64,000 nt of DNA from Sphagnum compactum (taxonomy: Eukaryota): the NCBI GenBank assembly GCA_965153455.1, contig OZ234493.1, positions 23,736,213 through 23,800,212 of the forward strand. The letters are read 5' to 3'. Below the pieces are notes generated by a model. It had not been told where the DNA came from. It did no database searches and worked only from the letters and a program-made list of their open reading frames with translations. The position numbers were made by a program, and so were the translations under genes. Positions 25,061 to 36,687 of this stretch are shown piece by piece. How positions within the stretch are numbered: the first letter of the stretch is position 1; each line of letters starts with the position of its first letter.

Positions 25061-26337
25061 AATATATACCCCTACAAAATATACCCCTAATAAACCTTGA
25101 TATACATGTAAGGGCTTTAGGTCCATATTTTCATTGCTATCAATATTTAATAATTTTTCAACTAATGTGATATATAATGGGATAGGTGGATGAAAAATCA
25201 CCCACAATTCATTCCCCTCAAAAGATTAGTTGATTTCATTATATCCCAAGTTGCAAATATGACCAAAGATAGAAATGTTAGAACTTAATTACAAAAACAA
25301 GTTGTGCAAGTTGCACATGTTGTACCTACAACTAATGTAAGACATAAAAGGTTGAGCCAAAAAATAAAATAAAAATTATTGATAATTTTTTGAAATTGTT
25401 AAAAATTGAAACCCATTGGGTTATTATTACAAATGCACAACAAAAGATGTATTTTTCATACTTATTTTTCAATTGTTGAACTTATGGATTTCTTAATTTT
25501 AATTTACCAAACCTCATTTTCTAAAATAAATAAATATTCAACAAAGGAATGTTGAACATTAAACATAGGTATGATAGTTACAAAATGCATGGCTAACATT
25601 TTAGAAGATTTCTTTTAATGTTTTCATTGCATAATCTATCACAAATATTAGAGTAGGGAACCAAATGACATTTTTAAAAGAAAAAAAGAAAAAAGAAAAA
25701 TACATTATGTAAAACTTAATGTCATAATGGGTGAAAGATCTAGGATAAACAACATTTTCATTAGAGTTTATTTAGTTGCAAAATTTTGTTTTGAAACTCA
25801 AATACAAATGTATCCATTGCCTTTCACAAAAACATATCGGCTCCACCATATAGCAAAGATGCATGATAACAAAATAATGTAAGGTGGCATTGGTGGCATT
25901 GTAGAATAAGTTTTTTTTTTTTAAATGTAAATAATTTTACAAATTTATTTTTTGTAATGTGACATTTGTTTCAAATATGTGTTAAGTATGTTTTTAGCCA
26001 AAATGAAATATAAATTTTAAAAATTTTAAAAATAATTTTTATATCTGATTTAAATAAGCATTAGTTTCACTAGCTTTTCAAATTTTTTTTTGTTTTGAGC
26101 ACCAAATTGATTATTCAATTTCAAAAATATTTGCCCTGTATATTTATTATTCCAAAGTTTTAAAATAATCATAATCAACTTATCATAAACTCAATAGAAT
26201 GCACAATAATTTCATAATGAAACATAAATTTTTGGAATTCACTGTTTTTCTGTTTATCAAAAAATTGTCTCATTTAAAAACTCAATTTTACATAGTCAAC
26301 TTTTAAAAATGTTTTTTACCATGCTTTCATCCTCTTC

Positions 26338-26602
26338 TATTGAGCGATCCAACTCAATTACATTGATATTGGGAGTTTTTCCTGCAATGTTGTAGTCAGT
26401 GTAAACTATGATAGAGATGCTCAAACTATTGAGTGATCCAACTCAATTACATTGATTTTGGTAGTTTTTCCCACAATGTTGTAGCCACGTCAACTATGAT
26501 AGAGTTGCTCAAACTATTGGGCAATCCAACTCAATTACATTGATTTTGGGAGCTTTTTCTGCAATGTTGTAGCCATGTCAACTATGATAGAGTTGCTCAA
26601 AC
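26338..26602. repeat. Tandem repeat, 3 x 88-89 bp
   Basis: Units start at 26338, 26427 and 26515: TATTGAGCGATCCAACTCAATTACATTGAT...AACTATGATAGAGTTGCTCAAAC. Confidence 0.9.
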
Positions 26603-27366
26603 TATAACTCAATGAAAATACCATAATTGCTGAGTCTATTTGTATTAGGGAATTGAACATCAATTTACGCAACAAAATCAAAACTTTACTTGGACTTGCT
26701 ACTAACACCAAACATTTGAAAATGGCATTCCGATGGTTCCAATAGTAACCCACCCAATGAACAAATAATGAAATGATTTTATATCTCTAGACCACATTCA
26801 AGAGCCCATCGACAACACTTGGCTAATAGCTACTAAACTTGATCACACAAGCGCCTCTCAACTGGGCTCCATCTTCTCCTCCTAAAAACCTCACAAGAGA
26901 ACACATGAAAAGCTACCCCATCAAGATGGAAGGGGATTCTCACTCAATCCCTTCTTTTGCCTACACAATTCCCCTTGTTTGCTACTTGATTCAAACTTGC
27001 CATGAGGTTGTAAAACCTTAGTTTGGGTCCCAAGGTAAATGGACATTAGTAGAAGATGGTACTTAACAACAAATTGGCAACATTGGGTTCATTTGATTGT
27101 AGAGGAACTTTTGAAGATGTGATAAAAAATAAAGTCTCAAAAGGAAAAGGGTTTGGATTTTTCTTTCCTTTGGAACTATCAAACAGTTTGTGTCAAAACC
27201 CCAAAAAAGTGAAACATACCAAATTTCTGAACTCAGAACCATACCTCATTTCTGAAGCATTGTTGCCTATGTCACAAACATAATTGAATTTCAAATGACA
27301 TCAATTTGAAAAATTACACTTTAGAAACTTAATTTCCACAAGTGTCCATCTGCAACTTTTAGATAT

Positions 27367-27394
27367 AAACCCTAAACCCTAAACCTTAAACCTA
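27367..27394. repeat. Interstitial plant telomeric repeat (AAACCCT)n
   Basis: AAACCCTAAACCCTAAACCTTAAACCTA. Confidence 0.7.
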
Positions 27395-27614
27395 GTCTAT
27401 ATAAACAAGTGCTGATAGACCTGTCCCTTAACATTTGAAAATACAGTGCCAATTTGCAAGGAACCTGCAAGAACATTTAGATATATATATATAACACCAG
27501 TAGTCACAATAGGCACTAATCTGTTACAAGAGAGTGATGCCATTTTGCATGAACAATTGTCAAATTGAGATCCAATGTCACAGCGGCAAAGCACAGAGAA
27601 AGCCAGCAATCTGT

Positions 27615-29100
27615 TTACATAGTCCTTAAAGCAATTGTAAGAGATTGTCTGCAGGTTGCTTGAAAAGATGATATATTGGTAAGAAGTCTTGCAAACCTTG
27701 TAAGGACAATCAAATTCTCTGTTGCCAATATAGAAAAGAAACTGTAATACATCAAAAGTTTCAATCCAATAGCTCCATTCCACATGACTGCAGTGATGGG
27801 CACCTAGCTATGATACTTGTGAAGTCAAGTGCATAAAATGACAATACAGTTACCTCAATCCTGGAGATAATAACTCTCATGAGAATCGAGAAATCTCCAT
27901 ACTCAATCCTTGCAATAAGCCCAAAAGAATTTCCCACTGCATGATTTGGATTTTGACATTCTCATTGAGTTCTCCAACCGGCAAGAATACACATCCACCA
28001 CCTGCAATGATCACAGACCTGAGTATCCTGTGAAAGGCGAAGGAGGATGCTGAAAATGTAGTACAAAAATGTGAATATGAGAACCTTATGGGTGTGTTTC
28101 CAGGTAAACCTTTATACAAAACTGTCTCAAACTCAATAGTATCAGTGTCTGAATCTCAGTCCTCACAACCTCATCGTTATGTATGCCACAAGGCTGGTTC
28201 AAGGATGGCAGACTCTAGAATCCTTCCCTGCTGCCGCCTTCTACCACTGGAAATTTTCAATAGGCTTTTCCTCCACCTTGAGCTGATGTAGTAAAATTCC
28301 AGATCCTCAACAAAAACTGTACCCAAGTTTCTGAGGCCCAGTGTTCATGCCCAATTTGCTTTGACTGGGAGAACACAACACTTGTGACAAGATCTCCAAC
28401 CTGTGATGGAGGAACCCTAGTATGCAACTGAATCATCATCATCTGCATGAAAGAGATTGTCTGCAGCAGCATGTGAAGCTTGTTAGGCCGTTGCAGACCT
28501 ACTGACAAGCTGCAGAACCGTACACCTTCTTCTACATTCTCATCAATGTTTCTTTTTCCAGCAATGCTGCTTCCTTTCAATCACTTGCACACAAAGGTGT
28601 TGACAATCTTTCTGGGCAAGTGACTGAAAGCAAGCATTGTCTTCAGCAGCAGCAGCATCTTCCTGCAAGCTCTATTTGCTCTCTCCTCTGTGCATACCAT
28701 GCCATGCCATGCCATGCCATGAAGTTTTCCAACTGTTGCAAAATATTTACAAAGCTTGAGATAGCCTTCGACAATGAAAAAAGGGGAAAAAAACACACAT
28801 ACATACAAACACGGATCACAAACCAAAAGAAACAAATAAAGATGGCAAGCAGCAGCTTACAAACAAACTCAATCCCACAGAAATCTGACCTCAGAATGGA
28901 AGAACTCCCGCACTACTGTGTCTCCCAGCGGCAATTCTGCTGCAACATGAAACCGCAGAACCGCAACCACTCCAACCACGACGACAAGCTCCGGAAACTT
29001 GCAGCGACACAACTGTCTTTGTACAAGGGCCGCAGACGTGCATCAATCAAAGCAGATCCGCAGTCAAGATCATAGCATTTCTCGTCGGATGCGCAGGTTG
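27615..29100 (-). pseudogene. Putative decayed multi-exon gene or spliced lncRNA, head-to-head with HLB1
   Basis: Series of GT-AG-bounded, GC-richer blocks (exon-like 28687-28401, from 28282, 28001-27854, from 27803). Protein-like frames are broken by TAG/TAA/TGA; family not recognised. Confidence 0.3.
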
Positions 29101-29345
29101 GTAATGCTCTTCTTCTTCTTCTTCTTCGTCTTCTCAAAGAGCCTTCTCTTCCTTGTCGCGCTCGGGTCTGTAACCCTACTCTCTGTAGAGCGGGTGTGTT
29201 GTTCTGCACGTCGTTCGTCCTACAAATTGACCCGAGACGCAGAGGAGAGATAGAAGAAATAAAGCAAGAGGAAGAGAGACAGAGAAGAGAGATAGAAGAA
29301 ATAAAGCAAGAGGAAGAGAGACAGAGAAGGGACCGGGAGGAAGAG

Positions 29346-32300
29346 ATGGATATAGAGAAGTTGAAGCCTTCTTCTAATCATCGGCAAGAAGAAGATGTGA
29401 TGATCCTTGAGAATGGAGGAGGAGAAGGGAGAGAGACTGATGATTTGAAGGAGAAGAAGGGAGAAGAAGTAGAAGAAGAAGAGTCTGATGAATCATCTCA
29501 TCGTCAGGAACAAAAGGATGCAATCCTTGACAAAAATGAGGGAGAGGAGGGAAGAAGAAGAAGAGACAAAACTGTTGGCGAGAAGGAGGAGGAGGAGGAG
29601 GAGGAGATCAAGACTGTAGAGGAAAAAGGAGGAGATCGAGACAGCAGCATCATAAGTTCAAGGGAAGAAGAGATTGAAACCTTGAGAGAAACTAGCAGTG
29701 AAGAAGCTCTGACCAAGAACAATGAGGACATGCCAGAAGCCCCTGAAGCAAACTACAATGGTGGTGATGACATTGGTGAAGACATCGGTGCACAAGCTAG
29801 CATGGATCAGAATGCTTACAAGGTGCCTGAGGAGATTGTGCTGCAAGGGTTGTCAATTACTTCAGAGAAGCAGCAGCAACCCAATGGTGATGGCAATGGT
29901 GGTGGCAATGGTGGTGGTGATATGTCATTCCATAGAATTGCAACATCACCCATTCCCATTCCTGATGTGTAAGTGCCTGTTTTGTACAGTTTCTCTCTTC
30001 TCAATTTTCATGATTGTAAGCAGCTGCTTAGTCATGGATGGGTGAAAGCTTCTGTAGTATCTCTGAAGAATGCTCATCTCATCTCTTTCAACATCTGGGT
30101 TCCCTTGTTCATGAGACAAAGATTGTGCCTTCGAGACTTGGTTTACATTTCTGCAGATTGATAGTTTACTTGAAATAAGTGCAATCTTGTCCAAGAGGAA
30201 ATCTTTTGTGATTCTGGCCATCCCTAGAGTCATAGGTCTGCAGCAGCAATAAGACGAAGAACAACAACAAACACAATATCACCACACATCAAAGGATGAG
30301 TGCTTGTGAATGAGACTGGCTGTGATTGCTTGCCCCACTGCTTTTGTTTGTCTGAATGGAGGTGGGTGAGATTTGGAAGCATGGTGAAGTAGGAGTTTTT
30401 GTCTTTGTACAATGTCACAATGGATGATCAGCCATTGCAGATAGAGAGAGTGTAGTTGTGCTGATGTTTTTTTATAAACACTTCGTGATTCTAAAACTTG
30501 GAAGGACCCATTGATGGTGTTGTGAAGTAAATGAAATCATTTCAGAGAGTTTGACATTTGAAGCACAATTGCTGATTGCTTTACACCTTGATGTTATGTG
30601 ACAGGCAAGAACCTGCCACTCAGTACCCATCCACCAGTGGCTCAAATATAGTTGGGGACATTCTTTACAACCTTGCTGTCAGTGATGAGGAAGGACACTC
30701 TCGACAGCACATCCTTGCATTTGCAGCTAAGAGGTATGGACTTGATGGATTCTCCATGGACTCGATGGACTCTCTATGGACTCGATGGATTCTCTATAGA
30801 CTTGATGGGTTCTCTCTGGACTCAATGGATTCTCTATGGACTTGATGGATTCTCTATGGTGATGCTTTTTAGACACATTCATTTTGCTGTTGGTGATGTA
30901 TTTGTGTTTGGAGACCAACTGGAAGGAGAGCTTGATAGGACCAGATGTCAGGTGGCAGATTCATGTACAGGAAATCTATAGCCTGTCTGGCAGTTGAATA
31001 TGTTGTGTCTCTCTCCAGATATGCAGCTAATGTGGAGAGAAATCCAGAAGATCATGATGCCCTCTATAACTGGGCCTTGGTTCTTCAGGTAAAGATGTCT
31101 TACACATTGGTTCAAACAGTTTTGTGCTTCAAAGTTCAGTTTTGTGTTGGGTCATTTTTGTGAACAAACTTTTGGAGGCTACGATATACAACAATCTCAA
31201 CAATCAGTTGATTTGCCTTCCCATGTGATTTGTGCACCATTGAACATTAGTTATTTGGGTACTTCTTTGATGTGTTCTTTGACCTAATAAGAGTGAGCGT
31301 CTTGCTTTTTGAGATGTGTTGTCTGAGAGTCTCTGTTCCCTGTTTGTAGCCTTAGATAAGATTCTGAACTGCAGCATTCAATTGTTGGTTGTCATTGGTT
31401 CTTACAGGAAAGTGCAGACACTACAGGATCAGAGATGGATTCCATCAGCAAGGATGCATTGCTTGATGAAGCTTGCAAGAAGTATGAGGGTGCTACCCAA
31501 CTCTGCCCCACCTTACATGAGGTAATCCTGATATAACCTGTTCCAATTGCACGCCTCTTTTCATCACAGCCTGTCCTCAGAGTGGATAGTTGGGAACTTG
31601 GGCAGGTTCATCTGCTTCTGTATGTCAAGTTCTATTTGCGACGTATCTCAGAACAAAAGCTGCTTGTTGTGTAGTGTTGACAAAACATTGCAATGTGGAT
31701 GTTTCAAGCTGTAACTCTGGAGTGCTAGCTGAAATCATAACTGAGTCTTCTCCTTGCTTCTGAAAGTGCAACAGAACCTCAGGATGCAAATTATTGTATA
31801 ATGTTTTGCCCTAAGTTTTAGCAAATTCTACCTATCTAACCCTATTTTTGGGATCTGATGAAATTTTGTGGGGAGTAACAGCAGCTAGTTGATGGCATTC
31901 ATGACAAAGGTGTTGGGTCTGTTGCTTTGTGAGTGACACTCACACGGTTGGTTAGACACACTTGCTATTGTTGTGTTTGGTGTGATTTCACTGGCACTGA
32001 CACAACATCTGTTTGGCTACCTTACACATGTCTTCGTGGATTTTCTTTCTGCAATCACCTGGTTTAAGAGTGGACTAGGGGACATACAGCAACATGGGTG
32101 TAGCTTTCTTAAGAGACTTGTGCCTTTTGCAGGCTTATTATAACTGGGCAATAGCAATATCTGATCGAGCCAAGATCAGGGGCCGAACAAAAGAGGCTGA
32201 AGAGCTTTGGAAGCAGGTGCACTCTATTGTCCCTAGGCATATTCACTCCCATCAGAGAGTTTTTATAGACCTCTCTATCCATGCAGTATCCTCCATATTA

Positions 32301-35300
32301 GGTAGTAAACTATGGTTAAATTGGCAGGATCTTCAACTTCTGAACTCGTCAGCTTGTCCACCTTGCACCCTAATCCTTGAATTCCTACCAGATGAGGTCT
32401 GTTCCTTGTATTAGCAAAAGAAAGTAGGGTTTTAGGAGGTTTAGAAGTGTTAAGAGTTTTCTCTGCAGTCATAGATGTGTATAGTGGGCACGGAGACAGG
32501 GCTGGTGAGCATTCACAGCATGAAATTCATATGCTCATGTTCTCCTTTTCTTGTCTGATCCTTGACCTAAGGATATTGTCTATGCAGGCATGTGTCAGAT
32601 ATGATCAATCTGTTCAACTCAATTGGAACAATCCTCAGGTTCTTCAATTACAATCCTTATGTAGGAGTTGCTACTGGAGCATTATATTCTGTGTACTCTC
32701 TCCCACATTCTGCAGTTATAAATTGTCTCCAAATTTCACTGCCATAAACTCAGAGTAGCCAGAGTTTCTTTTAGGTTGATAGAGTGATGCCAATGCTGGG
32801 TTGAAGTGACAGAGGCGTTGCTGTTACCAGGAGATATGTGTTCCTTATCATTTGTTCTCTTGTTGGCCAGGCTTTGAACAATTGGGGCCTTGCTCTTCAG
32901 GTAGATCTTCTCAACTGTCTCAATTGTTTAGTTTGGAGATTCAGCACGGTACATGAAGGTGATATATAGACTTCTTGGCTATGTGACATTGCATCATTCC
33001 TGAGTGAAAACTATGACATTCTTAGAGAGAATGGGATGGAACCCTGTACAACATGGTAGTAAAAGTACAGACCAGTTTGTGACATATCTATTGGCTCACC
33101 TGCTCATCTTCCTATTTTAGGAGCTTGGTGCCATTGTTCCACTCAAGGAGAAACATGCTGTTGTCAAGAAGGCCATAAGAAAGGTAGGTCAACAAGAGCC
33201 ATGCTATAATTATAGTAGAACTATCAACATGGCACCCTAGAAAATGTTTCTCATGTGCTTTGGTAGGTGTCTGACTGAGCACAGCATGAGTCTTGCTGCT
33301 CTCAATGTTTCATTCTTCATGGATTTAGTTGCATACATGCCATTTGTCTCTGCTTATTCCTTCGATTATGATGAAGATGGTCCCCGTTGGTGCCTGCAAT
33401 GTGAAAACCTAGCAGTTGATTGCTTTTCAGGTCTGATGACTGAGAAGAGTCAAGAGAGAGTGCTAGAGTGAGTTATCAAGGATGAGATCCTTCAGAAGAC
33501 AGCTCAGTTCTTTGTGTGGGTGGATGGGCTTTGCTGAAAGCAAATCACAGTTCAGGGCAGCATTTCAACTACAATTTGATTTTCACCGGGCTGTATACAA
33601 CTTGGGCACTGTTTTGGTGAGCGAATCAAGACTATCTTCCCAAACACTTCATGATATTGCTGTGTCTGCTAGTGCTGTATCTGCCCTGGCTGAATTTGAA
33701 AGTCACAGGATATAGAGAATTTGACCAAGGATAACATTGGAACAGCTGGACTTGTCCGAACTGCATGGTATGCAGACTTCTGATATTTGTCATGTCACAG
33801 TATGGGTTGGCAGAGGACACTTCAAGAAGTGGGCAGAAGATGAACACAAAGGAGCTGCCGCCAGCAGATCTGTACAGCTTGTCTGCTGTCTACATAGCAG
33901 CTGCACATGCCCTCAAACCTGAGTACCCTGTAAAAGTTTCCTTTCCATTTCTCCCTGGTTTCACAATGCATAAGAGTCCAAGAGATTCTTCGTATGATTC
34001 CTGATAAAATGTACTTCAGATCCACCAACACTGTGTTCTTGTCTGGGTACACAAGGCCATCTGATGAATTGGGATATTAAATACACAATTGATGTAGTTG
34101 CATGTGCTTTTTGCAAATGAATACACATGATATGCAAGATACCCAATTTTGTTAGCTTGTAACCTTGGTTGTGAAGGGGATAACGTGTTAGACTACTGAA
34201 AGCGAAGCATAATACATTGATATGTGGTGGAAAGGATCCTGGAGTCTCTCAGAGGAGATGGTGTGCTTGTGTGGGAATGCAGGTGTACCGAGGTGCCTTA
34301 CGTCTTATGCGCTCAATGGTAACTTTCTTACTTCCACTTGATGTTTCCTGACTAGTATTGTTGACTCTCAGATCAACTTATTTGGACATTGAGGTCCTGA
34401 TTATCACTTTTGTATCCATATATGCAGTTGCCTTTGCCATACATGAAAGCAGGCTGGTTGAAGATTGCCCCTCCTGGGAACCCACTTGCTCCTCATTGTG
34501 ATTGGATGCGGTTATGGTTTGTGCTTGACCACAAAGCACTTTATGAGGTATGATTGACAGTAGCATTGGTGTCATAGCTTTTTTCTATCTCAGTGTCTTT
34601 TGTTGATCAGGTGGATTGTTTTAGTTTGAGTGGCATAGGTTTGGTCCTTTTCTTGCACTAGCACTGCTCTTTTTGAAGTGATACTAGCTGTATCCTTCAC
34701 ATATCCAAAGGAATGCCAATAGCAAGCACGATGCAGAACAGTTCCAGTAAATCCGCGAATTACTGTGTGTCATCTGTGTGTGCTAGATAGGAGTACAGAT
34801 AGAGTGTGCTAGATATTGTGATGACTGTTTTCTCCAAATGACTTGTGCTGTGTTTTTGTAGATGGAAAAAGTTGACCGGAAGTCTTTGGCACATAGCTAT
34901 TCAAGGCGTGTCACATTTGCAGATAGCTTACCAGCAAGGCCATCCTTGCTTAGAATAGGGATGGAGGATATTGTGCACATGGCTCCATCTGCTGATCTGA
35001 GCCTTCCTCCTGGAAGTGGCTTTTGCATAGACACCGTTTCTGGTCCACACTACCTGGTCCATTTCTTCCTCACCCAAGTTGTGGAGTCTGTCTTGTCTAT
35101 TCCTCTGCTGATTGTCTATTCTTTGAGTCACATGAAGACCATCTGCAGCTACTCAACATTCCCCTTGATAACTTTGAAAAAAAGACTCATTCTGGGATCC
35201 TTGTGATCCTTGTGATCCTTGTGTCTTCCCCCCCAATAGTCCAGAATTCATAGTTGGTATTTTCTCTCCTGTCTTCCACACCAGTTCCTGTTCTGGATCC

Positions 35301-35561
35301 AAAAAGGACATGTGGGTAGTGGAAGAAAAAAGCTGCATGATGATGATTAATAAGCAGAACTGCAGATCCACACTGTAATTTGTCAATATTGATGAAGCAA
35401 TAGATGTTTAGATTGTGAAGGGTTGTGTGGTGGTGCATGGATGTGCACAGATAGCAGAAACATGGAATGCAATGGATGCATGGGTGGATGCTGTGCGCTT
35501 GGTGTATACCATCTATGTCCAGGGTAAGAAGGATGTACTTGCTGGAGTGCTTGCTGGCTAA
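29346..35561 (+). CDS. HLB1: HLB1 (HYPERSENSITIVE TO LATRUNCULIN B 1) homolog: acidic N-terminus, TPR region, C-terminal PH-like domain
   Basis: 14 phase-consistent exons: 29346-29968, 30605-30733, 31019-31088, 31408-31521, 32133-32216, 32588-32638, 32871-32900, 33121-33183, 33551-33616, 33801-33929, 34283-34318, 34428-34547, 34862-35056, 35451-35561. Motifs [80 protein letters not shown]. Confidence 0.93.
30736..30859. repeat. 20-bp minisatellite x6 at the start of HLB1 intron 2
   Basis: Consensus ATGGACTYGATGGATTCTCT, beginning right after the GT donor at 30734-30735. Confidence 0.9.
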
Positions 35562-36687
35562 CAAAGCACAAACCCAAAAAAAATTTATGCTGCCAACCAC
35601 AGATCGATTGCCAGCAGGTTTCTGCAGAGTCTTTGACTCATAAAAAGTTGGAACCTTGTCAATCTATAGCACACGTTTTTAGGAGTTGTAAAAAATTGAG
35701 AATTGGATATTTGGAGTATTAGTGGTATCTTGCATGCCATTCCAGTAGCAAGGCGCTATTTGGTCATAAGAATGTGCAGTGTAGCACCATGGCAGCACTT
35801 GGCTTCATACAACTAGGCTAATGCTCACTCCCTAGTCGAGATATGTGCATATTGCTTTACTTAAAAACATCCAGACTCATATCACGATTGAGTGCCCATG
35901 CATGCTTTGAGAGAGAGTTACAGAGAGAAGCTAATAATGGTTTCTCAGGTTCTCTCAGGGCATGCTTGGAAAGAGGGGCATACAGAGCATACATTAGAGA
36001 CATGCAGGATCCATGAATTGAAGTAGTGAAGATAGTCTGAAGAGCTGATTATCTATGCACCTTATACATGTTAATAATGAAATTGTTACTTAAGCAATAA
36101 ACCCAGTTGCATTATTGATCAATCTTATCTCATGTGCTTCCTTTGCATTACTAAGAACTGGAGGTTTTTTATGTTGGAAATATTTTGCTTACTATTTATG
36201 TTGTAATATAACTTCCTTTTATGTTGGCAATCAGCTTTGCAAGTCCACAACCTGAGTATGACATATGGCAAGTGTAGCAAATTGATCTAGACATAATTGA
36301 GGATCGAAGGCAAAAAAACTAGTTGTGTAAGTTTGTGTAGGGTTAATGTGGTTGGTTATTTTGATCAAGTAAGGCAAAATCAACATCCCAACAAACTTTA
36401 AATGAATGTGAAAGATCGTAGGTCAGTTGACCAGAGAACCTGAAGAAGCTTGAATAGAGATTTGTTGTTTTGGGGCGGGGGAGGGGAGAAATAGAGGATG
36501 CTAATATCCAGAAGTTTGTCAAAGGTTTGTGAGCCATGCAAGTTGCGCAAGAGAACAAAAGAGTTGACAAATAACTCAAAATATATGAGATACAAACAAA
36601 TTGACAATGAACCAGAGCATGCATAACCCAATCTTTTGCTCACAATTTTGTAGTCTGCATACCACTGCTACCACACCTAGAAAGATC

